Below are positions 10,363 through 20,228 of a stretch of DNA of 64,000 bases, in pieces. The notes beneath the pieces are model-generated. The model was not told where the DNA came from, did not search any database, and saw only the letters and a program-made list of their open reading frames with translations. Position 1 is the first letter of the stretch. The number at the start of each line of letters is the position of its first letter. Origin of the DNA: Trueperaceae bacterium (GTDB lineage Bacteria > Deinococcota > Deinococci > Deinococcales > Trueperaceae); the NCBI GenBank assembly GCA_965215565.1, contig CBDCDZ010000004.1, positions 3,264,001 to 3,328,000 on the forward strand, written 5' to 3'. Both the position numbers and the translations under genes were made by a program.

Positions 10363-10498
10363 ATCCTTAGTTTACCTCTTGGGTTTTAGAGCTGAGTAGC
10401 TGACAGTCTGAAGTGCTGATATGCTTTCTTTGTGAATAGACTTTTTTCCAACCCATCGTCTGAACGAAAGAGCGTTTAATCTATGATTGAGTGCGTCC

Positions 10499-10546
10499 AT
10501 AACCAGATGCTACCTGCAGCATATAACCAGATGTTACCTGCAACAT
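10499..10546 (+). repeat. 2 x 24-bp tandem repeat overlapping the hisF start
   Basis: ATAACCAGATGCTACCTGCAGCAT / ATAACCAGATGTTACCTGCAACAT. Confidence 0.9.
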
Positions 10547-11324
10547 GCTAGCCAAACGCATTATCCCCTGCTTAGACGTTCATAACGGCAGAACGACAAG
10601 AGGTCAGCAGTTCGGGCAAGTCGAAAAGGGCGAACTCACGGACGTAGGCGACCCCGTCGAGTTAGCCCTGCGCTACAACGAACAGGGCGCGGACGAATTG
10701 GTCTTCTACGACATCACCGCGACGAGCGAAGGGCGAGCGCTCATCACGGATGTGATCACAAAGGTGGCGGAGAGGTGCTTTATGCCTTTAACCGTTGGCG
10801 GCGGCGTGCGCACTTTGCAAGACTTTCGCACGCTCTTTCTGGCGGGTGCAGATAAGGTCTCCATCAATTCGGGCGCGGTGGCAAACCCTGACGTGGTGCG
10901 CGAAGCGGCGGAGCACTACGGCTCGCAGGCGGTAGTCTTCTCGGTTGACGCGAAACGGCGCGAAGATGGAAAGGGCTGGGAGGTCTACGTGGCGGGCGGA
11001 CGTAAGAAAACGGGGTTGGATTTGCTCGAGTGGGCAGTTCGCGGTCAAGCACTCGGCGCGGGCGAAATCGTCTTGAATAGCATTGACGCCGACGGGATGA
11101 AGACAGGGTATGACTTAGAGGCGACAAAGCTGGTGGCGCAGGCCGTAGATATTCCTGTGATCGCCTCGGGCGGGGCGAATAACGCTCAGCATATGCGAGA
11201 GGTTTTGCAAGAGAGCGGGGCGGACGCGGCGCTAGCGGCAGGGATGTTTCACCGTGGCGAGACGACCGTCGGCGAGGTCAAGCGGCTCTTAGCAGAAGAG
11301 GGCGTACACGTGAGGCTGGTTTGA
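10545..11324 (+). CDS. hisF: imidazole glycerol phosphate synthase cyclase subunit
   Basis: [52 protein letters not shown]. Confidence 0.97.
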   Translation: MLAKRIIPCLDVHNGRTTRGQQFGQVEKGELTDVGDPVELALRYNEQGADELVFYDITATSEGRALITDVITKVAERCFMPLTVGGGVRTLQDFRTLFLAGADKVSINSGAVANPDVVREAAEHYGSQAVVFSVDAKRREDGKGWEVYVAGGRKKTGLDLLEWAVRGQALGAGEIVLNSIDADGMKTGYDLEATKLVAQAVDIPVIASGGANNAQHMREVLQESGADAALAAGMFHRGETTVGEVKRLLAEEGVHVRLV

Positions 11325-11818
11325 TGGATATTGCTGTTAGAAAGATTGAACTCGGCGATGCTCGAGGCTTCTGGTCTGCCCTCTCAAGTGTCGCGCAAGA
11401 ACGCAAGTACATCTTGACGATTGACCCCCCGCCTCTTGAGCGCTCCAAAGCGTTCGTACGCGAGAACGTCGAGAAGGACTACGCGCAGTACGTCGCGCTT
11501 CATGGCGAAGAAGTCGTAGGTTGGGCAGACATCATCCCCTCGAGCCATCCTAAGATGAATCATGTTGGCGCATTAGGCATGGGCATCTTAGCGGGCTACC
11601 GCGGAAGAGGTATTGGAAGTCAGCTCTTAGAAAAAACGGTTGAACACGCTTGGGCTAGCGGCTTAAAGAGGTTGGAGTTGGAGGTCTTCGCCGACAACGA
11701 ACCCGCTATCAGGCTCTATAAAAAGTACGGCTACGCTCAAGAAGGTCTCAAGCGCTACGCTCGTTTCATAGACGGACAGTATCAGGATATCGTGGTGATG
11801 GCGCAGGTCCGCGTTTAA
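11324..11818 (+). CDS. GNAT N-acetyltransferase
   Basis: LGMGI...YRGRGIG, LELEVFADNEPAIRLYKKYGY. Confidence 0.9.
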   Translation: MDIAVRKIELGDARGFWSALSSVAQERKYILTIDPPPLERSKAFVRENVEKDYAQYVALHGEEVVGWADIIPSSHPKMNHVGALGMGILAGYRGRGIGSQLLEKTVEHAWASGLKRLELEVFADNEPAIRLYKKYGYAQEGLKRYARFIDGQYQDIVVMAQVRV

Positions 11819-11886
11819 TTCGGCATCTCTCAAAGAAATAACGTGACTGAGGCGCAAGGCTCGTATAGAGGTGCTAAGCTGTAAAG

Positions 11887-12096
11887 ATGAAAGCTTACGA
11901 ACTCCCCGTCAAACTGGACCGCGGCGGTAAGGTTGAACTGCCCGCAGATTTGGCGAAGGTGCTTACGGAGGCGTCCGAAGCGCGGATGATTCTGCTCGTA
12001 GAGAGCCCCGACGATCAAGGGTGGGCGCAGCTAAGCCGTGAGCAGTTTTCGGCAGGTTATAGCGACGCCGACAGCGTATACGACATCTTGAGCTAA
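11887..12096 (+). CDS. small hypothetical protein, antitoxin-like, no adjacent toxin
   Basis: Leaderless TAAGCT-N6-ATG; acidic tail W..LS..QF..GYSDADSVYD. Confidence 0.55.
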   Translation: MKAYELPVKLDRGGKVELPADLAKVLTEASEARMILLVESPDDQGWAQLSREQFSAGYSDADSVYDILS

Positions 12097-12147
12097 CGCC
12101 TCTTATCAGTAAAGCCGCAGCAAAATTTTGAATACTAAGACCTTTCC

Positions 12148-12567
12148 ATGATTGACTCATTCATCATCAAATCCGTTAAAACGGATGCGGTGCTCGAGTT
12201 CAGTCATCTGAGACGGTACTACGTCAAAGTCGCATTGCTCAGTGAGGATCGTAGGGCTGTAACAGATATTTATTTAGACGATGACGATGCTCTGAAACTC
12301 GTTGAGTTATTTCAAAAGATGGCTGAGCAGTGGCGCGGCTGGGAAGGTAAATTTAGTTGGGCACCGCTCGAGATGGAATTTACACTTAGCACATCCTCAG
12401 ATAGTTTAGGGCACGTAGAACTCGAGGTGGAATTTAGCAGATATGGCGTAGCTGAACCCTGGTATTTCAAAGGTTCACTTTTTACAGAAGCAGGGCAACT
12501 CGACACTTTAGCGCGTGAAGCGAAGAAGTTCTTTGTTGACGGCGCGGTGCGGACGGGGATGAAATGA
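12148..12567 (+). CDS. DUF6228-like hypothetical protein
   Basis: F..MA..WRGWEG...W..LE......DSLGHV.L...EAGQL pattern. Confidence 0.65.
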   Translation: MIDSFIIKSVKTDAVLEFSHLRRYYVKVALLSEDRRAVTDIYLDDDDALKLVELFQKMAEQWRGWEGKFSWAPLEMEFTLSTSSDSLGHVELEVEFSRYGVAEPWYFKGSLFTEAGQLDTLAREAKKFFVDGAVRTGMK

Positions 12568-13697
12568 CCAAAAAATACAACCTCGAGACCTTAGCTGTCC
12601 ACGCGGGTTTGAAAACAGACTCGGCCACGGGCGCAGTCACCCCGCCGATTCACCTCTCGACGACGTTCGAGCGGGAGAAAGACGGGTCTTACCCGCACGG
12701 GCACGTCTACACGAGGACGAGCAATCCGAACCGCGCAGCGTTGGAGGAGGCGTTGGCGCGGCTCGAGGGAGGCTCCTCGGCAGCCGCCTTCTCCTCGGGC
12801 TCCGCCGCAGCAGGCGCAGTCTTCCGCGCGCTTAGACCGGGCGACCACGCCATCGTCCCCGACGACATGTATCACGGGATTGCCAAGCTCTTAAAAGAGG
12901 TTTTCATCCCTTGGGGACTCAAAGTTGACTTTGTTGACCTCACGGATTTGGACGCTTTGAGAAATTCTCTACGTGAAGAGACGAAACTGGTGTGGCTCGA
13001 GACGCCCTCCAACCCGCTCTTAAAAATTACCGACATCGCCGCTGTCGCCGAAATCGCACACGGAGCGGGAGCCGTCGTCGCTTCGGACAGCACCTGGACG
13101 CCGCCCCCTCTGCAACCTGCTTTTGACCTTGGCGTAGACCTCATCGTGCACTCCACGACGAAGTACCTCTCCGGTCACAGTGACGTGCTGGGCGGCGCAG
13201 TTGTAGCGAGAGAGGATGACCTCTTGGAGCGCGTCCGCATGGTGCAACGGATGGAGGGCGCGGTTCCCTCACCCTTCGACTGCTGGCTCGTCTTACGAGG
13301 AATGCGCACGCTGCCCTACCGAATGCGGGCGCACTGCGAGAACGCGCAGAAGGTGGCGGAGTTCTTAAACGAACATGAGCAGGTTGAAGCGGTGCACTAT
13401 CCGAGCTTGACAACGCATCCCGGTCATGAGGTTGCTAAAAAGCAGATGAACGCTTGGGGCGGAATGCTCTCGTTCCGGGTAAGAGGTGCGGCGGAAGACG
13501 CGATGAAGGTGGCGGCGAACGTCGAGCTTTTCACTAGAGCGACGAGCTTAGGCGGAGTAGAGAGTCTGATCGAACACCGCGCCTCTACCGAGGGACCGCA
13601 GTCGCAGACGCCGCAGAATTTACTGAGGGTGTCGGTGGGGCTCGAGCACCCCGATGACCTTATTGGAGACCTAGAACAAGCTTTAGCTGTCGAATAG
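12564..13697 (+). CDS. cystathionine gamma-synthase/lyase family PLP enzyme (MetB/MetC)
   Basis: Y.R..NP, WLETPSNP, HSTTKYLSGHSD (PLP Lys), SLGGVESL, LRVSVGLE. Confidence 0.93.
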   Translation: MTKKYNLETLAVHAGLKTDSATGAVTPPIHLSTTFEREKDGSYPHGHVYTRTSNPNRAALEEALARLEGGSSAAAFSSGSAAAGAVFRALRPGDHAIVPDDMYHGIAKLLKEVFIPWGLKVDFVDLTDLDALRNSLREETKLVWLETPSNPLLKITDIAAVAEIAHGAGAVVASDSTWTPPPLQPAFDLGVDLIVHSTTKYLSGHSDVLGGAVVAREDDLLERVRMVQRMEGAVPSPFDCWLVLRGMRTLPYRMRAHCENAQKVAEFLNEHEQVEAVHYPSLTTHPGHEVAKKQMNAWGGMLSFRVRGAAEDAMKVAANVELFTRATSLGGVESLIEHRASTEGPQSQTPQNLLRVSVGLEHPDDLIGDLEQALAVE

Positions 13698-13751
13698 GGA
13701 GTAAGATTAAGTGTTCAAAGCTTTGTCTTACCTCTAAAGGAAGGATTCATT

Positions 13752-14861
13752 ATGGAATCTTTACAAGAAAGCGTAATACAAGAAAGCATATTTGAAAGCG
13801 GAGTTTTAGACGAAACTGTAGAAAGTGAAGAAGTTGCAAAGGTTGAATATGACATTACGAGTTACGGTGCTGATTATGACGTTGAGGGACTTGTTCGTCG
13901 TTTAGATCGATCAAACATAGTTGTGCCAGATTTCCAGCGTGATTATGTCTGGACAATAGCTGAAGCTTCTCGTTTTGTTGAATCTCTCTTGCTAGGTTTA
14001 CCTGTTCCTGGTATCTTTCTGGCTCGAGAACCCGAAACAGAGCGCTTACTCGTCATCGATGGTCAGCAAAGGCTAAAAACCTTACAATTCTTTTATAAAG
14101 GTGTTTTCAACACTGAGGGTGAAGATAACACACGAAGGGTTTTTCAGCTGAATAAAGTTCAACCATATTTTGAAGGAAAAACTTTCGAAGATATGGAAGT
14201 GCGAGACCAAGAAAGGCTGAATAATTCGATACTTCACGCGACAATTGTCAAGCAGGAACGCCCAAGTAATGATAATACTAGTATCTATCATATATTCGAA
14301 AGGCTCAACACAGGAGGACGTAAGCTAACACCCCAGCAGATTAGAGCGGTGGTTTATCATGGACCCCTTATCGATCTTCTCAAGCACTTAAATGAAAATG
14401 TTGCTTGGCGAGCTATTTTTGGTAGAAAGAACAAATTATTAAAGGATCAAGAGCTGATTCTTCGCTTCTTGGCACTTTTCTTCGATAGTAGTGATTACAA
14501 AAGCCCTATGAAAGAGTTCCTGAACGTTTTCGCTGGAAACAACCGCAGTGCAAATAGCGATACTCTCGTGGAGTTTGAAAACCTTTTCAGTAAGACAATT
14601 ACTAAGGTCTATGAAGCATTTGGGAAACGCGCATTCCGATTAGAAAAAGTTCTCAATGCCGCTGTTTTCGACTCTGTGATGGTAGGAGTGGCTCGCCGTA
14701 TAACTAGTGAGCCGCACGTAGACACGGAGTCATTGAAGCAGGTATATGAAAGTTTGTTACAAAAATCGGATTATCTCCAAGCAGTTACACAAGGCACAGC
14801 AAACGAGAGGTCCGTGGAGAATAGATTGAATATTGCGACGGACGTTTTCGCAGGAGCTTAG
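13752..14861 (+). CDS. DUF262 (GmrS/ParB-like) domain protein
   Basis: PDFQRDYVW, VIDGQQRLKTL, IFERLNTGG motifs; AT-rich. Confidence 0.9.
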   Translation: MESLQESVIQESIFESGVLDETVESEEVAKVEYDITSYGADYDVEGLVRRLDRSNIVVPDFQRDYVWTIAEASRFVESLLLGLPVPGIFLAREPETERLLVIDGQQRLKTLQFFYKGVFNTEGEDNTRRVFQLNKVQPYFEGKTFEDMEVRDQERLNNSILHATIVKQERPSNDNTSIYHIFERLNTGGRKLTPQQIRAVVYHGPLIDLLKHLNENVAWRAIFGRKNKLLKDQELILRFLALFFDSSDYKSPMKEFLNVFAGNNRSANSDTLVEFENLFSKTITKVYEAFGKRAFRLEKVLNAAVFDSVMVGVARRITSEPHVDTESLKQVYESLLQKSDYLQAVTQGTANERSVENRLNIATDVFAGA

Positions 14862-15340
14862 TGCAGAATCAGGAAGTAAGTAGACAGCTTCAGAGACTCA
14901 GAAGCCAATGGAATCTAGTTTCCGAAAAGTGCGGTGGAGACTTAGAGTTGGAGGCACAGTGGGCGCGATACATGTGTATCCGGTGTGCAGGCTTCTTCGA
15001 AATTGCGTTGAGAGAAATTTTAAGCGATTACTTAGACAAGACCAGTTCACCAGCGTCAGCCAAGTATGGTAAGCAAGCATTAAAAAGAAATCAAAACCCT
15101 AATGGTGAACAAATAATGCAGACACTCAGTTCTTTTGACCCTACTTGGCGCAACAAGCTAGAGGTGCACCAATACTGGCTCGATGGAGGCAGAGATGCCT
15201 TCGATTCGGTTATGAACGTCCGGCACACCATAGCGCATGGCGGCGACGCAGGTATTACCCTAGGAACTTTATCTTCATACCTTGAAAGAGCACTAAAAGT
15301 TTTAGAATACATTGAAAAGTTGTGCCGTAACGAAATCTAA
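14861..15340 (+). CDS. HEPN domain putative ribonuclease (MAE_28990/RiboL-PSP-like)
   Basis: RHTIAH (Rx4H) near the C-terminus, GFFE in an N-terminal helix; GTG start overlaps the DUF262 stop. Confidence 0.75.
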   Translation: MQNQEVSRQLQRLRSQWNLVSEKCGGDLELEAQWARYMCIRCAGFFEIALREILSDYLDKTSSPASAKYGKQALKRNQNPNGEQIMQTLSSFDPTWRNKLEVHQYWLDGGRDAFDSVMNVRHTIAHGGDAGITLGTLSSYLERALKVLEYIEKLCRNEI

Positions 15341-15414
15341 AAGTAAGAATTTTGAAATATTTGTTTGCTTTCAAAAGGGACTGAAGTAAGCTCACACTAC
15401 TTTAGGATGGATGT

Positions 15415-16038
15415 ATGAACGCTTTATCTACTATCAATTTCGACGAACGCGGTCTCGTCCCCGTTGTCACCCAAGACGCTTTGAGCGGCGAAGTCTTGAT
15501 GCTCGCCTACGCGAACCGCGAAGCTTACGAGAAGACGCTCGAGACCCGCCAAGCCCACTACTACAGCCGCTCCCGTGACGAACTCTGGCGCAAAGGTGCC
15601 ACGAGCGGCAACACGCAAGAGGTCCTTGAGGTGCGCGTAGACTGCGACGAGGACGCGCTTCTCTACCGCGTGAAGCAGTTGGGTTCAGCCTGTCACACGG
15701 GCGAGAGGTCGTGCTTTTACCGCTCGTCGGACCACGAGCGGACCTCTTTGGGTGAGACGATGGCGCTTTTAGAGCGGGTGGTGAATGAGAGGTTAGGGAC
15801 ACTTCCCGAAGACTCGTACGTCACCAAGATGCACAAAAGAGGTAAGGGCTACGTCGCGCAAAAAGTCGTCGAAGAGGCGGGGGAGAGCATCGTCGCGGCG
15901 TTAGAGAACAAACCGGACGAACTTGTCGGCGAGGCGGCGGACCTCTTGTTTCACCTCACGGTCCTCCTGCGGGAGAGCGGCGTGAGCTTGCAAAACGTGT
16001 CGGATGAACTCGTAGAGCGTCATCAAGCCAAAAGGTAG
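15415..16038 (+). CDS. hisIE: phosphoribosyl-AMP cyclohydrolase / phosphoribosyl-ATP pyrophosphatase
   Basis: [43 protein letters not shown]. Confidence 0.97.
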   Translation: MNALSTINFDERGLVPVVTQDALSGEVLMLAYANREAYEKTLETRQAHYYSRSRDELWRKGATSGNTQEVLEVRVDCDEDALLYRVKQLGSACHTGERSCFYRSSDHERTSLGETMALLERVVNERLGTLPEDSYVTKMHKRGKGYVAQKVVEEAGESIVAALENKPDELVGEAADLLFHLTVLLRESGVSLQNVSDELVERHQAKR

Positions 16039-16180
16039 TTGAAAGCAACGAGAAAAAGTAGTTGAAAGCAATGAGCAACGAGCAATCCAGTCAAGCTGGT
16101 TACGCAGTCTCTTGAAGGGAACGAACGGCGAGCCTAAAGGGTTTCACTCATTGCTCGGAACTCATTGCTCATTGCTGCTT
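16035..16180. repeat. inverted arrays of the heptamer GCAATGA/TCATTGC plus a GTAGTTGAAAGCAA direct repeat
   Basis: Left arm AAGCAATGAGCAACGAGCAATC; right arm CTCATTGCTCGGAACTCATTGCTCATTGCTGCTT. Confidence 0.75.
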
Positions 16181-16242
16181 CCTGTTTACCTACGGGAGAG
16201 ATACACCACCTCTCGCCGCCGTGAGCCGTGTCACCATGCGGT

Positions 16243-17301
16243 ATGACCACAAAAGCACCTGAATCGCCTAAATCTGATAAGCCTGATAAGCCGAAAAAAC
16301 GCCCGCGCAAGCAGGGCAAGACGGTGGATATGGAACGCGCGCTGGTCCTCGACACCGTGCGCATCACCGAGCAAGCCGCCATCGCTGCGAGCCGCGTGGC
16401 GGGCAAGGGCGACTCCGATCTGGTGGATCAAGCGGGCACGGACGCCATGCGCCGCGTTTTGAACGAACTCGATATCGACGGTGAGATCGTCATCGGCGAG
16501 GGCGAGCGCGACGAAGCGCCGATGCTCTACATCGGCGAGAAGCTGGGGCTGGGCGGCGAGGGCGCGTGGGCGGTGGACATCGCGGTGGACCCCGTTGAGG
16601 GCACGGGCATCACGGCGCGGATGGTGAATAACTCGGTGGCGGTCATCGCCATTGCCGAAAAGGGCGGGCTCTTCCAAGCGCCCGACACCTACATGGACAA
16701 GCTCATCGTCGGACCGCCCGCCGCGGGCAAGGTGGACATCACCTGGCCTGTCAACGCGAACTTGAGCGCCGTTGCGCAGAGTTTGGACCGCTCCGTGGAG
16801 GACTTGACGGTGGTGATTTTGGACCGTCCGCGTCACGCTGACCTCTTGAAGCAGGTGAGGGGGGCGGGCGCGCGGGTCAAGCTCATCGGGGACGGCGACG
16901 TGATCGCAGCGCTCTCGGCGGCGGTGCGCGGAACGAACGTCCACGCGGTCATGGGTATCGGCGGCGCACCCGAAGGGGTGTTGGCGGCGGCGGCTTTGAA
17001 GTGTTTGGGCGGCGAGATACAGGGGCGCTTTAAGCCGCGCAATGAGGGTGAGCAGAAGCGGCTCGAGGCGATGGGCGCGTCCACCAGTCAGGTCTATAAA
17101 ACCGAAGACCTAGCTCCGGGTCAAAACATCGTCTTTAGCGCGACGGGCATCACCGACGGCGACCTCTTGCGCGGCGTGCGCTTTTTCAAAAATGGCGCGC
17201 GCACGCACTCGATTTCGATGGGCTATCAGTCGCGGGTCTTGCGACTCGCAGACGCCGTTCACCTCTTGGGCGACGGGGCGCGGGTGACGATTCAGGTTTA
17301 G
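16243..17301 (+). CDS. glpX: class II fructose-1,6-bisphosphatase
   Basis: [55 protein letters not shown]. Confidence 0.97.
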   Translation: MTTKAPESPKSDKPDKPKKRPRKQGKTVDMERALVLDTVRITEQAAIAASRVAGKGDSDLVDQAGTDAMRRVLNELDIDGEIVIGEGERDEAPMLYIGEKLGLGGEGAWAVDIAVDPVEGTGITARMVNNSVAVIAIAEKGGLFQAPDTYMDKLIVGPPAAGKVDITWPVNANLSAVAQSLDRSVEDLTVVILDRPRHADLLKQVRGAGARVKLIGDGDVIAALSAAVRGTNVHAVMGIGGAPEGVLAAAALKCLGGEIQGRFKPRNEGEQKRLEAMGASTSQVYKTEDLAPGQNIVFSATGITDGDLLRGVRFFKNGARTHSISMGYQSRVLRLADAVHLLGDGARVTIQV

Positions 17302-17457
17302 GTTTCGTCCTTTTGCCTTAAAGCCGACAGCTTGAACGCCTCGGTAGCGTCTCGTTGCACCTTTACTTTTTCTTCGTGAGAGCGAACAAAGCGCTCCACC
17401 GCCCGAACTAAGCGTGTAGCGAGAATAAGTTAATTGCTTACTAGGCTATCTTAAACC

Positions 17458-18609
17458 TCAGAACTCCGCCTCCATGAGCGCCTCGAAACGCTCGCGCGTG
17501 GCGGCGGCTTTCGCGCTCTGACCGCGCAGCTCCCAGATGTTGGCGAGCCCTTCCCAGGCGCTCTCGCTATAGGGATCGTGCTCGGTCATGGCGCTATAGA
17601 AGCGGGTGGCGTTGTCGTAGTCCTCACTCGTCTCCGCTAGCTCAGCCGCCGTCAAGAGGTTGGTGAGGTGGTCAGCGTGCAGCTCCGCGCGCGCCACCTC
17701 CGCCCACTCCGAGTCGACGCCCGTCAAGAAGTTGCCCCGGTAAAGCTCCACGAGCTGCGCGTAGTCCTCTAAACCGCCGCTCGGCTCCTCTAAACGCACT
17801 GCGCGGCTCTTTGCGCGGTAGCGCTCAGCGTCGTAGCTCATCTCCAAGTTGCGCTGCAGGTAGTAGCGGCGGTTCGCCGACTCGACGATCTCGCCGCCCA
17901 TCACCTTGCGCAGGCGGTACAAGGTGGTGTGAAACGAGCTGCTCGCTTTAGACTCGGTTTTGCCGGGCCAGAGGGCCTCCGCCACCTCAAAGGTGCTGAC
18001 GCCGTCGGGGTGCTCCAAGAGGTAGAAAAATAGCTCCAAGGCCTTGAGCGAATCCCAGTCGAGCCGCTCGCCGCCCTTCTCAACTAAAGGTGCGCCCAGC
18101 GCGGACGCCCTGACGACGCCTTCGACGGGCTTGCGAATCTCCGCGAAGCGCTCGATGCGCGTCTCGACGGCGTGGATGACCTCGGAGCGCTCGAAGGGCT
18201 TGGTGAGGTAGTCATCCGCGCCCAGCGACATGCCGTGCCGCACGTACTCGCGCTCGCCCATCGCCGTCAAAAAGATGAAGGGGACGCCGCGTAACTCGGC
18301 GACGTCTCTCGCCTTGGCGCAGAACTCGAAGCCGTCCATGACAGGCATCGTCACGTCCGAGATGATTACGTCGGGGCGCAAGCCGCCTCTAAGTTCCTCT
18401 AGAGCGTCTTTCGCTCGGTCAAAGGTAATGACGGCGAAGCCCGCCGAGACGAGGCTGACCTCGATGAGCTTGCGGATGGCGTTGTCGTCGTCGACGGTCA
18501 GCACGAGCCGGTTGGTGTTCGACTTCTTGACGGGTTGGCTGACTAAATTGATCCTAGTTTTAGCTTCGCTTTTCTCTACACTTTTCGTTATAGTCTTTGC
18601 AGTTGCCAC
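17458..18609 (-). CDS. response regulator: receiver + wHTH + BTAD (SARP-like)
   Basis: VDDD, ISDVTMPVMDG, GADDYLTKPF; then EALWPG...TLYRLRK and LYRGNFL...EW...DPYSE. Confidence 0.85.
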   Translation of the reverse strand: MATAKTITKSVEKSEAKTRINLVSQPVKKSNTNRLVLTVDDDNAIRKLIEVSLVSAGFAVITFDRAKDALEELRGGLRPDVIISDVTMPVMDGFEFCAKARDVAELRGVPFIFLTAMGEREYVRHGMSLGADDYLTKPFERSEVIHAVETRIERFAEIRKPVEGVVRASALGAPLVEKGGERLDWDSLKALELFFYLLEHPDGVSTFEVAEALWPGKTESKASSSFHTTLYRLRKVMGGEIVESANRRYYLQRNLEMSYDAERYRAKSRAVRLEEPSGGLEDYAQLVELYRGNFLTGVDSEWAEVARAELHADHLTNLLTAAELAETSEDYDNATRFYSAMTEHDPYSESAWEGLANIWELRGQSAKAAATRERFEALMEAEF

Positions 18610-18611
18610 GC

Positions 18612-18803
18612 CTAATCCGCCCAGCTTTCGGTCTGCTGGTAATAGACGAGCGCGCTGTATTCTACGCTCTGCCCCGCGACGGCGCTCGAGAACTTGATGT
18701 CGACGATGATGTCGTCCGTTCCCAAAGAGGTCGTGAAGCGCTCCAGCCGCTCTTCAAAGGTATCGGCGCTGCTCGAGGTGATCAGTTTGAATTTAGGTTC
18801 CAT
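18612..18803 (-). CDS. 63-aa hypothetical protein, co-oriented upstream of the regulator
   Basis: GGAGGAG RBS; stop lies 2 nt before the regulator start. Confidence 0.65.
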   Translation of the reverse strand: MEPKFKLITSSSADTFEERLERFTTSLGTDDIIVDIKFSSAVAGQSVEYSALVYYQQTESWAD

Positions 18804-18914
18804 CGTTCTCCTCCGCACCCTTAGTCTGTCCGAACGTCTCCCGAACGCTTTGCGGTTTAGCCTCTACCCAAGTGATTTGCAGGAACGAACCGTATGGTTC
18901 GTGGTTCTTGACCG

Positions 18915-19721
18915 CTATACGCTGTCCTTCGGACAGGAGGTACTTAACACCCCATCTTTCAACGCTTCAGGGTCATCCGCCATGAGACCGTTCACACCCA
19001 GACGTGTAAGCTCTTTCACACGCCGCGCTTCGTTGACCGTCCAGGCGTTGACGCTCAGCTTGCGCCGCGCCGCCCAGCGCAGCAGCGTCTCGTTAACTTG
19101 GCTGTGGTGCGCGTGGAGCGCGTCCACGTGGAGCCACCTGGCGAGGTGCCCGCTGCGGAGCCAGAAGGGTAAGTCGGGCGCGTAGAGGAGCGCCGTGCGG
19201 AGTTCCGGTGCGAGGAGGCGCACGCGGACGAGCGAAATGGGGTTAAAGCTCGAGACCAGCACCCGCCCCGCCAAGCCAGAGTTGCGTACGGCGCGCACAA
19301 CCTCGCGCTCTAACCCGTCCGAGCGCGTGCGCTGAGACTTGATCTCCAAGTTGAGCAGTTTGCCTGGATACCGACTCGCTAGCGTGAAGAGGTCATCCAG
19401 CGCAGGAATATTTTTATCGAACGCCTGCAATTCGCGCACTGTGAGCGAATGCGTCAGGCGTCCGTCCGGGAGGGTGAAGTCGTGGTAGATGAACAGCCTA
19501 CCGTCGCGGCTCCTCTGCACGTCGAATTCGACGCCGCTCAGCCCCGCCTCAAACGCAGCACTAAACGCCTCGAGGCTGTTCTCGGGCAAGCGCCCGCGCA
19601 GCCCGCGATGTCCGATGAGGAGGGGCGGCGCGGTGTTCACGTCAGGAAGAGGTCGGGGGAACCAGAGCAGCGCCCAGAGCGCGAGAAGGGCTATCAGACT
19701 CAGTATCCAGAGAAAAACCAC
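18915..19721 (-). CDS. glycerophosphodiester phosphodiesterase
   Basis: IGHRG..PENSL, VEFDVQ.SRDG...HD, NLEIK, AWTVN. Confidence 0.93.
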   Translation of the reverse strand: MVFLWILSLIALLALWALLWFPRPLPDVNTAPPLLIGHRGLRGRLPENSLEAFSAAFEAGLSGVEFDVQRSRDGRLFIYHDFTLPDGRLTHSLTVRELQAFDKNIPALDDLFTLASRYPGKLLNLEIKSQRTRSDGLEREVVRAVRNSGLAGRVLVSSFNPISLVRVRLLAPELRTALLYAPDLPFWLRSGHLARWLHVDALHAHHSQVNETLLRWAARRKLSVNAWTVNEARRVKELTRLGVNGLMADDPEALKDGVLSTSCPKDSV

Positions 19722-19787
19722 GATGACGCAGTATACTCACCCTTGTGAACCGGACTCTCAACCTCTTGCGCAGTTTTGAATGTGACG

Positions 19788-20228
19788 ATGCCTGAGCGAC
19801 CCCTCGCCACCGTCGGCGCGCTCGTCGTCGGTCCTTCAGCGCGCGTGCTCATCATCCAAACGCACAAGTGGCGCGGCAAGTGGGGCGTGCCCGGTGGCAA
19901 GATCGAGTACGGGGAGAGGGTGAGTGGTGCCCTAAAACGCGAATTTTTGGAGGAGACAGGGCTTACGCTTACCGACATCTACTGGGGACCCGTGCAAGAA
20001 GCCGTCGAAAGCCCGGAGTTTCATAGGAGCGCTCACTTCATCTTGCTCAACTTCGTCGCGCGTACAGAGAGCGAAGAGGTCACGCTGAATGAGGAGGCGC
20101 AGGCGTACACGTGGGTCTCGCCCGAAAAGGCGCTGCGCTATGACCTCAACGCGCCGACGCGCCAACTCGTCACGTTTTATCTGGAACACCAGCCGCTCGA
20201 GAAGCGCTTGACGTGCCTGCCGCACTAG
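19788..20228 (+). CDS. NUDIX hydrolase
   Basis: PGGKIEYGE....ALKREFLEETGL Nudix box. Confidence 0.92.
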   Translation: MPERPLATVGALVVGPSARVLIIQTHKWRGKWGVPGGKIEYGERVSGALKREFLEETGLTLTDIYWGPVQEAVESPEFHRSAHFILLNFVARTESEEVTLNEEAQAYTWVSPEKALRYDLNAPTRQLVTFYLEHQPLEKRLTCLPH

